NCBI GenBank assembly: GCA_963698635.1
Contig: CAVORS010000006.1
Span: 720,280 to 784,279 of the forward strand
Direction of reading: 5' to 3'
DNA length: 64,000 nt
Source: an uncultured beta proteobacterium
GTDB taxonomy: Bacteria > Pseudomonadota > Gammaproteobacteria > Burkholderiales > Burkholderiaceae_C
A program made the translations under genes and the position numbers. Shown here piece after piece: positions 12,268 to 23,644 of the stretch. Each line of letters begins with the position of its first letter. Within the stretch, counting starts at the first letter, position 1. The notes under the pieces are model-generated. The model ran no database searches. It was given only the letters and a program-made list of their open reading frames with translations, and was not told the origin of the DNA.

Positions 12268-13323
12268 TCAGTGAGCGTGAAAATTCGGGCGTCTCAAGCC
12301 GGGCGCGGGCGGCGCTGCAGCCAGCCCACCGGCGCGGCTGGCCTGTGCCGACAGGCCGTCGGTAGGCCGCGCGGGGCAGGCAGCGCAGGGCCAGGGCGGC
12401 GGCCAGCGTGATGCCGGTGCGCGCCGGCTCTTCGCGCCACATGCCGGGGTGCATGGCCAACGCCTGGCGCAGCAGGCGCCAGCCGCGCTGTCGCTTCGCC
12501 CATGCTCAGGGCGCGGCGCGCCAGGTAGCGCAACTGGTAGGCCCGCGCGGCGTGTTCGTGCGCGGCCACAAAACCGGGGTTGATCGCGCGGGCTTTTTCC
12601 ACCGCGGCTTCCCAGGTGGCGTGCTGTTTGTCGAGCGCAGCCGACAGGCCCCCGGCGTTGACGCGGTACCGGGTCAGGGGCTCGCCCAGGCCTTCAAAAA
12701 CCCATGGCGTGGACAGCGCGATGCGCAACCAGCATTCGATGTCTTCCGACTGGCGAAAGCGTTCGTCGAAATACCAGCGCTCGCCCTCGGCACCGGTGGG
12801 CGCGGCGAACGCGATGTCGTCCAGCGTCTGGCGGCGGATCACCGGCGCCGAGCCGTTGCCCACCGGGTTGCGCAAAAACACATCGCGCGGCGTCACGTCC
12901 CTGCAGCTTGGGCGTCTGCATCAGGTGCATGTCGCGACCTGCGTCGTCCATGAAGGCCGACGCGCTGTAGCTCACGCCGACGCCGGGCCGCGACTGCAGG
13001 TGGGCCACATGGCGGGCCAGCTTCTCCGGGTGCCAGAGGTCGTCGGCGTCGAGCAGCGCGATGAAGCTGCCGCGCGCGGCGCGGATGCCGCCGTTGCGCG
13101 CGCCGGCCAGACCCCGGTTGGCCTGCGACACCAGGCGGATGCGCGGGTCGGTGAAGGCCTCGACGCAGGCCACGGTGTCGTCGGTCGAGCCATCGTTGAC
13201 CACGATGAGTTCAAAGTCGGTCCAGGTCTGCGCCAAGACCGAAGGAATGGATTCGGGCAGGAAACGGGCGGCGTTGTAGGCCGGCACGATCACCGACACC
13301 AGCGGTGTTGTGCGCTTGTTCAT
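12268..13323 (-). CDS. GT2 glycosyltransferase (frameshifted)
   Basis: VSVIVPAYNA, VNDGSTD, IALLDADD, FRQSEDIECWLR. Confidence 0.9.
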
Positions 13324-14281
13324 CACAGGCTCCCCACCACCGGCTGGAACAGCGCGCACACGCTGGCCCACCGCGCTGGCCAACAGGCCGCCGCAGCGTG
13401 CCCAGCGAACGGCGTGGCTGGCGCATCAGGGCCGACGGGCTGCTGCGCCAGGCCAGGCGCCACCAGTGCAGGCCTTCTTGCGCGGGCAGGCCCAGGCGCA
13501 AGGCGCGGCGCGCCAGGTAGCGCTGGTGCACGGCACGGGCATGGCGGCCGTGGGTGCGCAGCAACTCGGGGGCGTACTGCTGCACTTCGCCCATCACGCG
13601 CTCCCAGCCGTCCTGCATGCGCTGCAGCCCCGCCGATGCGCCCTGGGCGCTGGCGCGGTAGTGCGTCAGCACCTGCGCTCAGGCCCTCCACGCGCCAGGC
13701 CGTGGTGGCGCGCAAGCGGATCATCAGCTCCAGGTCTTCGGCGTGGTGAAGGGTCTCGTCAAAGCCCCCCACCTGGTCAAACGCGGCGCGGCGGATCACC
13801 AGGGTCGAGGCCGTGCAGGCCGGGTTTTCGTAAAGCAGATCGGCACTGCGCAAACCGTGCACATTCGGCGTCGACAACACCGAGGTGGGGCGGGCCTGCG
13901 CATCCACAAACCGGATGCGGTCAAAGCCCATGCCCACATCGGCTTGCTGGTTCAGGTACTGCACATGGGCCGCCAGCTTGCCGGGCAACCAGAGGTCGTC
14001 GGCATCCAGAAAGGCCACGATGGACGCCTTCGCTCGACGCCACGCCCAGGTTGCGTGCGGCCGACACGCCGCAGGCCCGGCCCTTCACGCAGCGGATGCG
14101 CGCATCTTCAAGGTGGTGGCGCGTGGCAATGGCGGCGGTGCCGTCGGTGGAGCCATCGTCCACCACCACCGCTTCCCACTGCGCATGGGTCTGGTGGCGC
14201 ACCGACCAGAGCGTGGCGTCCAGTGTGGCCGCGGCGTTGCGGGCGGGAATGACCACGCTCACCAGCAAGGGGCGCTGGCAT
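13323..14281 (-). CDS. GT2 glycosyltransferase (frameshifted)
   Basis: VSVVIPARNA, VVDDGSTD, FLDADDLW, GGFDETL..AEDLEL. Confidence 0.9.
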
Positions 14282-14350
14282 GGGCGTGGCGAGAAAGGTG
14301 GTTGAAGACATGGGCTGTTCCTGACAAATGCGTTGAAGTTGAAGCTGATT

Positions 14351-15466
14351 TCAACGCAGATGCCCCGAACAGTTGTGACAGAACTGCAAACTCTTGGCGC
14401 CGCTCAGCGCCTGCTGCGCGCGGGCCAGCGCCGCTGGCAAACTGCTCGCGCACCGTGGTCGCCACCGGCGCCAGGTCCCAGGTCTGATCCATGCTGGCCT
14501 CCGACCGCCGACACCGCTGCGGCGGGGTTCAAAGTGCTCCAGCGCCATGCCGGGCGTGCCCAGGCGCTCGATCAGGTCGCGCCCCTTGCTGGAGTAGTAC
14601 AGGTTGAACGGCGCGCGGCCATGGATCATGCGCAGCACGGCCGTGTGGTACCGCACCGCCACCACCCCCGCCGCCAGCCCCAGCGCGCCCACCAGCGCAT
14701 CGAGCGGGTGGTGCCCCAGGGCCGCCACGGCAAAGGGGTCCAGCACCCGCAATTGAGGGCAACGCGCCTGCAAGCGGCGCACCACCGCCTGGTCGGCATC
14801 GGCCCCGCCGGCCTGCGCCTGGATGATCACGGCCGGCTGGTGCCCGCGCGCGGCGAGCTGCGTGATCAGCGTGGCCATGCGGGCCTCGAACAGCGCGCCG
14901 TCTTGCGGGTACATGGCGTCGAACTCGCGCACCGACAACAACACGGCCCGCTCTGCGCGCACGCCGCCACTGTCCATCAGCGCGCGGCCCGCCGCATCCA
15001 CACCCGGGCCCATGCGGTAGGCAAAAGCGGTGTCAAAACCCAGCTGCGCATCCACGCCCGCGGCCCTGCAGGCGCGCATGGCTTAGCGTGTCGCGCACGG
15101 TCACACTGCTCAGCCGCCCCATGGCATGGGCCAGCCAGGCCAGCGACAGCCCTTTGCACGATGACGGCAAGCCCTGACCGAACACAAAGCTGCTGCGCGG
15201 ATCGTGCGAGCGCAGCTCCTGCACCAGTTCCAGAAACCGCCGCGTGACCAGCTTGGGGCGCGCGTTGTTGAAGATGTCGCCGCCCACGCTCACCTGCGCG
15301 GTCGCCCGGGCGCTCGGCGCCCTGCAGACCGCGCACATGGCGCGCCTTGTCGGCGCTCAGGCGCGCTGCTGGCACCCAGGGGGCCGGCCAGCTGGACCAG
15401 GGTTTCGTAAATGGCGGCGTCACCCAGGTTGTCCGAGGTGTAGGCGTTGATGAGTCTGAGGGTCAT
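14351..15466 (-). CDS. Polysaccharide pyruvyl transferase family protein (frameshifted, 3' end uncertain)
   Basis: MTLRLINAYTSDNLGDAAI, VGGDIF, FGQG, VTVRDTLS, FDTAF, VAVRYHTAV. Confidence 0.8.
14371..14393 (-). promoter_or_regulatory. Putative transcription-factor binding site upstream of the GT2-GT2-nucleotidyltransferase-flippase unit
   Basis: Minus strand GAGTTTGCAGTTCTGTCACAACT is 19/23 identical to 19941-19963. Confidence 0.55.
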
Positions 15467-15569
15467 GATGCGATCGAAGGCGAAACGGAGACAAAGAAGA
15501 AGGCGAAGCAGAAGATGAAGTGCAAGCCGCCGGCGCAGGCAGCGCTGGCGTGGTCACAGCCGAGGCCTG

Positions 15570-16861
15570 CTAGCGCGTGTTGCGGCGCTGCCGGCGGTGT
15601 TGCGCCACATCGCGCAGCCCCATGCCCAGCACCACCAGAGCAGGCCAGTACAGGTAGGCCAGCATCTCGAGGTTTTCGGACAGCGAATACAGGCCCAGAA
15701 TCATCAGAATGCCGAAGGCGCTCACGCCGGCCTTGCTGGCGCGGCCACCCGTCAGCAGCATCCAGGCCGTCCAGGCCATGGGCACGGCCAGCGCCACCGC
15801 GCCCACCATGCCTTTGACAAACAGCAGGCCGTACCAGGTGTGGTGCGAACCGATGGGCATGTACTCCACCAGGTGCGGGCCGCGCTCCACGTTGCCGTGG
15901 CCCCACCAGTAGGCTTCGCGTTTCCCAGCGCTGCACGGCGATGCGGCCCAGCGCGGCGCGCACGCGCGACGAGTCGGCGCGGGCGCCGTGAAAGCGCTGG
16001 GTGAAATCTTCCATCAGGGTCTGGATGGTAGGGGGCCAGCACACCGGCCACCAGCAGCCGCCGGGCGCCATCGCCAGGTACAGCACGGGGCGGTCCATGT
16101 GGCGCCACACCGTGAGCACCACTGCCACCACCGGCAGGGCCATCAGGCCCAGGCGCGAACCCGATCCGTAGATGGCCATGAGCATGCCCAGAATGCCCGC
16201 GGCGCGCAGCACTGTGTGGCGCTCGTGCATGGCGATCAGCACAAAACACGACATCACCAGGCCCATGGCCGGCGCCCAGGGCGCAAAGAGGCGCCAGCGC
16301 GGCAGGCCGGTCTGGGCGTTCAGGCCGTACAGCTCCACCGCAAAGTACTCCGGGCCCGGGCCACCCACGATGCTCAGCGGCGACACATACAAATGCCCCG
16401 GCAAACCCACCACCCAGGCCAGGGCCAGAATGGGCAGCAGACACAGGATCTGCACGCCCAGGATGCACATGGCGCGCGACACCACCTCGATGCGGATCTG
16501 GCTGCTGCCGATCAGGATGAACACCGCCATCAGCGCCCAGCCCTTGGCCCAGCCGATCGACGACTTGATGGTGGGCCCCAGGCCCATGCCGTAGTCGGCG
16601 TGCGCCACCACCACGGCCACCAGCATCACCAGCATGCCCACCACCCAGGCCCACATCACCGCCGGCACCTGCGCGCAGGCCATCGCGGCGCGCCAGGCAT
16701 CAGCAGCAGCAACCAGCCCAGCACGGGCCCGAGCACATACAGGCCGCCCACCAGGTAATAGGCAAACGACCAGGTGATGCAGTGCACGACCACCTTTTCT
16801 TCCAGGCTCTGCGGCGCACGCCCAGCGCGCCAGCGGTGTCAACCGTCTCCGCCGCGCTCAT
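15570..16861 (-). CDS. O-antigen ligase / Wzy-like polymerase (frameshifted)
   Basis: Multi-TM; SGSRLG, ARADSSRVR, PIGSHHTWYGLLFVKG (Wzy_C-type). Confidence 0.8.
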
Positions 16862-18275
16862 CGCTTGGCCCTCAGCCAGGCCAGCGACAGCGCCACCAGC
16901 AACATCAGCGAAGCGCCCAGCGCGCCCAGCGCCACAAACACCGGCTTGGGCGACGCGGGCGAGCGCGGCAGGCTGGGGCTCACCAGCGTCTGCACCAGCG
17001 GGTACGACGAATAGATGTTGGTGTTGCCGATGTCGGTCTTGCCGGCCACGCCGGTGAACACCGCTTCGGTGAAGCTCACGTTGCGCTCCAGCTCGCCCAG
17101 CTGCGGCGGCTTCTACCGCCAGATCGGGCATGCGCGTTTGCGCCGCGGCCTGCTGGCTTTCAATCATCTTGAGTTCGGCACGCGTGGCGGCCGTTTCGGC
17201 GGCCACGCGCACCAGGTCGTTCAGCAAGGCATCGCGGCTGCGGTCTTGCAGGATCATGGCCAGGCCTTCAGATGCTGCGGCGCTCACGCGCGTCGACAGC
17301 ACGGCGCGGGCGCGGCGCAACATGGCCTCGCTGGCCGAAGCGCTCACGCCCTGGGCTTCGCGCACCTTGGGGTGGGCATCGCCCCATTTGTGCGAGCCGC
17401 CTCGGTCAGCTGCACCTGGGCTTCGCCGTACTGGCGAAACGCGTCCATGAACACCGCATCGGCCTGCAGGGTCAGCGTGCGGCCGGCTTCGGCTGCGGGC
17501 TCAGGCCCAGCTGGCGGCTGAGCGATGCCTGGCGTGCGGTTTCACCGGCCAGGCGCTGCTGCACCGACACCGATTTTTGCTCCAGCTGGCTCACCATCAG
17601 CGCCACCTCTTCCAGCTGCTTGTCGGAAATGATGCGCGACTGCACCTTGAACTTCAGCAAGTCTTGCTGCGCCCGCGTGAGGCGGTAGCGCGTGTTGAGA
17701 ATGGTCTGCTCGATGGCCTGGTCGCGCTGGCGGGTTTCGTCGGCGCGCAAGGCGACCAGGCGCGCGGTGAATGCATCGTGCACCGCCGCGCCTTGCGCAA
17801 AGCGCCCTTGGCCGAACCACCGCGCACTTCCACCTCCATCACCGAGCTCTGGTCGATCAGCTTGATGCGCGGCGTGCCAAACCGGGCCAGCGGCACCTCG
17901 GCCAGCTTGGCCGCGGCGTCCAGCACATCGTCGCTCATCATGATCTGGCGGTAGTTCACCCGGGGGTCCAGGCTCTTGCCGTCGTAGGTCGAGCGCGAGG
18001 TGGCGTAGGCCTGCCCCACTTCGTTGAGCGACACACGGCCATCGGGATCGCTGCTGGGCAGGATCAGCGTGTAGTCCACCGCCCACACGCGCGGCACCAG
18101 CCAGACCACGGCCAACGCCAGTGCCCAGATGAAGGCGCTGCCCAGGGCCGCCACCAGAAAGTAGCGGCGGCGGCGCGGGCTTGCCATCGGGGCCCTTGAG
18201 CCAGCCCAGCATGTCCCAGGTCAGCACCGCCGATGCGGTTTGCGTCAATGCGAGCGGGGGAATTAGGGCGCTCAT
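16858..18275 (-). CDS. GumC/Wzz-like polysaccharide co-polymerase without kinase domain (frameshifted)
   Basis: N-terminal TM, coiled-coil periplasmic region, C-terminal SPSLPRSPASPKP plus TM. Confidence 0.75.
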
Positions 18276-19420
18276 GGCAGGTTCCGGAAGATCGAGATGG
18301 GGCTCAGGATGTCGGTCAACACCTTGAAGACTTCGCGCCAGCCGGTGACACGGGAGTCGTAGCAGGCCACGGCATCGCCTTCCTGCAGCAAGCGGGTTGA
18401 TCTCGTCGTTGCCGTCGTCCAGCAGCTGCTCCACCGGCACATTCCAGCGCAGGGTCTTGCCGGTGGTGCGCTCGGTGCGCACCAGGCTGGCCATGCGCGA
18501 GGCGTTGGACCAGTCGATGCCACCGGCGCAGTTCACCGCCACCACCGCCTGCGACAGGCGCGAGCCGTAGGCCATGGGCAAGGCACCCAGGGCGTTGGCA
18601 GGCGGGCGCGTTGTTCTGGCTTTGCACCATGTTGCCGGCGAACACCTTGATGCCCGGTGGCGTGATGCCCGAAGGGCGGGCCTGGCTGGCATCGGCTTGC
18701 GCCAGGCGCGCCACCACGATCTCGTCGCCCTCTTGCAGCGCCGGGTCGAGGCCGGGCGCGCCGCTCAGCAAATGGCGCACATCGTGCTGGCTCACCTCGC
18801 CAGCGCGGCGCAGCGCCACCCGGGACAGGTCGGCCCAGGTCGTGATGCCACCGGCGGCCTTGAGCGCATCGCTCAGGTTGCGGTTGGGCACATAGCCGCC
18901 CGGGATTTCTTCGGCGCGCTCGATGGTGCGGTCGCGCGAGGCGGGCATGTTGACCGCCAGCGCGCCCGGGGTTGAACACCTCGCCCGACACGCGCACATT
19001 CAAAGGCGCCCACCACAACACCTGCACGGTGGTGCGCGCCGCACCCGCGCGAAACAGGCCCCGCGTTTCCAGCGCGCTGCGTGATCGCCTGCGCCGCAGC
19101 GTCCGCGTCCATGCCCGACACGTTCACCGCACCGGCATAACGGCAGGGCGATCTGGCCTTGCAGATCGACCTGGTACTTGCCCGAAAAACCTTCGCCGTT
19201 TTCCAGCACCACCTGCACCCGGTCACCCGAGGTGAGCGGTGTGGCATGGGCCTCATCGGCGGTCAGCACCATCACCACGATGGCCGCCGCACCAATGCCC
19301 AGCATGATGCCCATCATCAGCAACAGCGTCAGCAAATCCGCCGCGCCCGGGCTTGCGAAACAGGCGCAGCACCCAGGCCAGCATGCGACGGCGAGGAAGT
19401 GGAGGGGAATCGGTTTTCAT
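18272..19420 (-). CDS. Polysaccharide export protein (Wza/SLBB family; frameshifted)
   Basis: LTSGDRVQV, FSGKYQVDLQGQIALP, VRVSGEVFNPG, LSDALKAAGG, LQEGD. Confidence 0.85.
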
Positions 19421-19490
19421 GGCGGGCTCCTGGGGGTGAAGACGGGCAGCGGGGCCGGTGCGGTCAGGTGGCCGGGGTGGCGGGTGCTTC

Positions 19491-19834
19491 TCAGTGCACC
19501 CAGCGGCTGGGGCCGGCGATGCCCGCTGGCGTGGCCAGCAGGTCTTGCAGGCCGCAGGCCGCCAGCTCTGCGGCCATGTGCGGCGCACACCTGGGTCAGC
19601 ACCAGCGTGCAACCCTCGCGCTGCATGGCGTGGCGGCAGGTCAGCAGCGCACCCACACCGGCGCCATCGATGTGCGCGCACGGCTGGAGAGGTCGATTTC
19701 CAGGTGCAGCCCAGGCGCGCAGCAGCGGCAGCACCGCCATCGGCAAACGTGGCCGCATTGCGCGCCACCAAGGCCCCGCAGTCGGGCTGCACGGTGAGCG
19801 TGTCGGGGCTGAAGCTGAGGGTTTTGATGTTCAT
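19491..19834 (-). CDS. STAS-domain anti-sigma-factor antagonist (frameshifted)
   Basis: ~110 aa; LEIDLS...HIDGAGVGALL (STAS D-S-x-G motif with G at the Ser position). Confidence 0.7.
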
Positions 19835-19918
19835 GGCGGTTCTCCGTTGATCGGGTTGAATGAACGCTATTGAAACCGCCAGGACCTCCAAAAGTATGGC
19901 CAAACTGTGGCAATCCGC

Positions 19919-19963
19919 GTCACAGAACCGATCGTGTCCAGAGTTCACATTTCTGTGACAACT
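19919..19963. promoter_or_regulatory. Divergent promoter region with inverted TTCTGTGAC boxes
   Basis: GTCACAGAA (19919-19927) and TTCTGTGAC (19951-19959) between divergent STAS and sugar-transferase genes. Confidence 0.55.
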
Positions 19964-20021
19964 TCCGGGCCGCACCCTCGATGTAATGCAGTCATTCGAT
20001 TCACTCGACCGGAGTTTCACA

Positions 20022-20712
20022 ATGTCTTTCGCACTCACGCCGCCCCCGCACAGCCCCGTCCGCCCAACCCCTCACCACCCGCCTCGGCCGCGGTGGTGGA
20101 AGACCCAAAGCGTGGTCGCCATCAAGCGCGCCTTCGACGTGCTGGCCGTGGCCCCGGCCCTGCTGTTGCTCGCGCCCTTTCTTCCTGCTCGTGGCGCTGG
20201 CCATCAAGCTCGAAGACGGTGGCCCGGTGCTGTACTGGCAAAAGCGCGTGGGCCTCAACGGCCGCGTGTTCGCCTTCCCCAAATTCCGCTCCATGCGCAC
20301 CGACTCCGACGCCGTGCGCCAGCAGATCGAGCACCTGAACCAGCACGGCGACTCGCTCACCTTCAAGATGAAAAACGACCCCCGCATCACCCGCGTGGGC
20401 AAGCTGCTGCGCCGCACCAGCATGGACGAGCTGCCGCAGCTGCTGTGCGTGCTCAACGGCGACATGACCCTGGTCGGCCCGCGCCCACCCATGGTGGCCG
20501 AAGTGGCGCAGTACACGCTGGCCGATCGCCGCCGCCTGAGCGTCACGCCCGGCCTCACCTGCATCTGGCAAGTCAGCGGCCGCTCCAACATCCCGTTCCC
20601 CAAACAGGCCGCCATGGATGTGGACTACATCCGCGAGCGCTCCATCGCCCTCGACCTGCGCCTGCTGTTCGCCACCGTGCCCGCCGTGCTGTTCGGCCGC
20701 GGCGCTTACTGA
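20022..20712 (+). CDS. Priming sugar-phosphate transferase (bacterial sugar transferase family)
   Basis: IKRAFD, KFRSM, DPRITRVGKLLRRTSMDELPQL, GDMTLVGPRP, PGLTCIWQVSGR. Confidence 0.93.
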
Positions 20713-20776
20713 CCACCACACAGCCACCAAGCACCGCCCGAACCCGGCCCTGACCGCCCCACAGGACACACACACC

Positions 20777-23644
20777 ATGAACCGACTGGATGAACCCCGA
20801 CGCCACGATCGGCGGCCGCCGCCGCAAGCCACCGCCGCCATCGACACCACGCCGACGCCGCCCACCCGCGCAGCCTGCGCGCACTCGACCTGGCCCTGGC
20901 CGGCGCCGCCTGCGCCGCCCTGCTGGCCCTGTTCCCCCTGCCCCTGTGGGCCGCGTTGAGCGGCGAGCTGCAACAGCAGCCGCCGCCTGGGCGCCCAACA
21001 CCGCGGCTTCAGCCAGCTGAGCTGGCGCTTCCCCGACACCTTCAGCGGCCGCCTGCTGACCCGCCTGGGCGCACGCGGCTGGCCCCGCCTGCTCAACGTC
21101 CTGCGCGGCGACATGGCCTGGGTCGGCCCGCGCGCGCGCCGCCTCGACGAGCCCGCCGGCCCCGCCGCCCGCCTGCGCCCCGGCGTCACCGGCCTGCACC
21201 AGTTGCGCCAGGCCACCGCGGTCGACTTCATGAGCGAAGACCACCAGCGAAGCCGACCTACCTGCAAGCACCGCGGGCTTGGCACACGACGCTCGCCTGC
21301 TGCTGCTCGCCGCCTGGGCCGCGCCGGCCGCAGCGCGCCCAAGAGCCGCCACCGAGCCGCCCGACCAGGTGCAGATCCTGGACACCACGGTGAACAACCT
21401 CTCGATGGACAGCGCGTGCAATCGCGTGAACGATCTCATCGCCGCCGGCCGCCCACGCCCAGGTCGGCTTCGTCAACCCCGCCTGCGCCAACATCGCCGC
21501 CCGGCAGCCGGCTACCGCCGCGACCTCGCCGCCTGCGACCTGGTCCTGCCCGACGGCATCGGCATGAAGATCGCCGCCCAATGGCTGGGCACCCCGATTC
21601 GCCAGAACGTCAACGGCACCGACTTCTTCCCCCGCCTGTGCAACGCCATGAACGACACAGGGCCAGCGCCTGTACCTCGTGGGCGCCCGCCCCGAGGTGG
21701 TGGCCCGCGTGGCCGAGGTGGTGCGCGAGCGCTGGCCCGGCATCGAGCGTGGTCGGCGCGCAGCACGGCTACTTTGGCCGCGCCGAAGAAGCCAGCATCG
21801 CGCAGGACATCCAGGAAAGCGGCGCCCATGTGGTGCTGGTGGCCATGGGTGTGCCCATGCAGGAAAGCTTCATCGCCCGCAACGTGCGACCGCATGGGCC
21901 CTTGCGTGGCCATCGGCGTGGGCGGTCTGTTCGACTTCGTGGCCGGCCGCATCTCGCGCGCCCCGCAATGGATGCGCGACGCCGGGCTGGAATGGACCTG
22001 GCGCCTGATCCAGGAACCCGGCCGCATGTGGCAGCGCTACCTGGTCGGCAACTTCACCTTCCTCGCCCGCGTGGCCCTGCAGCGCCAGGGCTGGCGCGCG
22101 CGCCAGGCGCCCGCGCCACCGCCACGCCAGACACCACGCGCCACCGGCGCCAGCGCCATCCTGCTCGCCACCCACGCCATCAGCCCCGACGCCGGCGCCG
22201 CGCCGCAGCTCGCCGCCAGCCTGCCGTTTGGCCCGGCCAGCTTCGCTGAAATGGCCGTGGCCCAACTCGCCAGCCAGTCGGTGTACCGACATCCATGTGC
22301 TGACCGCGCGCCGAAGGCCCCTCCACCCAGGCGCTGCAACACCAGCTGGGCGACGGCAGCCGCTGGGGTGTGCGCATCCACTGGCACCAGTCGCGCCGCA
22401 GGCCGACGCGCCCTACCAGCCCCTGCGCGCCATCGCCGAAACCCTGCCCGCAGACCGAGTCGCCTGCTGCTGATCCAGGCCCACACCTGGCTGCAGCGCC
22501 GACGGCATGGAGCGCATCGCCCGCGAGCCCCAGATCGCCGTTCGCGTCGGCGACCAGGGCCAGTGCACTGGCAAGGCTGGGCCTGCGTGAGCCCCGACGA
22601 TCTGCGCGCCATCAGCCGCGAGCGCCGATCCGCCGAGGCCGTCGAAGACGCGGCTGGCGACGCGCCTGCCCACGCGCTACATCGCCATGGCCGACGAAAG
22701 CGCCAGCGCCCACACCCGCGCCAGCCTGGCTCCAGGCTCAAACCTCGGTGCCCGCCGCGGCCCTGGTGGCCCTGCAAACCGATGTCTGGACCGCCCACCC
22801 CTGGGGCTACGCCAGCGCCCACGCCCACGTCTCGCCCGACGCCCACATCGAAGGCCCGGTCTGGATCGGCCCCGGCTGCACCGTCAGCGCCGATGCCCAC
22901 GTGGGCCCCCACGCCACCCTGACCCGCGACGTCGTGGTCGAGCCCCACGCCATGGCTGGCCCACGCCGTGGCCATGCCCGATGCCTACGTGACGCGCCTC
23001 ACCGCCCGACCGCAGGCGGTCACCCGGCCCAGCGCCGATGCCGATCGGCCGAAGACCGCGTTCCGTCGACGACAGCAACGCCACCGCCGCGGCCATCCGT
23101 GCCACGCGGCTCACGCCCGCTGGCTGGCCACGCTTGCTGGCGACCGCGCTGGCGCCGCTGGTCCTGCCGCTGGTTGCTGGCTTCGCAAAGCTTTGCGCCG
23201 TGGCCGCGCCTGGGCCACCGAGCGGGTGGTGCTGGGCCGCCCCCAGGCCGGCGCCCGCCTGCTCACCACCACCCTGCGCCAGCCGGTCGGCCAGCAGCGC
23301 CGCACGCCGCGCGCCTGGCTCGCCTGGTACGGCGCCTTGCTCGATGTGGCCCAGGGTCGACGCCACTGGGTGGGTGTGCGCGCGCGCCGCGTCGAGCAAT
23401 GGTTCGCGCTGGACAGCCGACACCCGCGCCGCCCTGTCGCTGGCGCCCATCGGCCTGTGGCACCCGTGGCCTGGACCAACCGCTTCGACTGCGTGCTCGC
23501 AGGCCGAAGCCGTGGCCGACCGCCTGTGGCTGGCCCGCCGCGACCGCGCACGGCACCACCGGCGCCTGGCGCGCCGTGGCCGGGGTGCTGCGTCAGCGGC
23601 TCAGCACCGGCCCCACGGCTTACCGCGCGTTGGCCGCGATCTGA
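20777..23644 (+). CDS. Multidomain WecB/TagA/CpsF glycosyltransferase with degenerate sugar-transferase, nucleotidyltransferase-like and LbH domains (frameshifted)
   Basis: LLNVLRGDMAWVGPR...RPGVTG; DLVLPDGIG, NVNGTD, VAMGVPMQE, GVGGLFDF...GLEW.WRL.QEP.R.W.RY; LGDGSRWGVRI; IEGPVWIGPGCTV; LLDVAQGRRHWVG. Confidence 0.75.
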
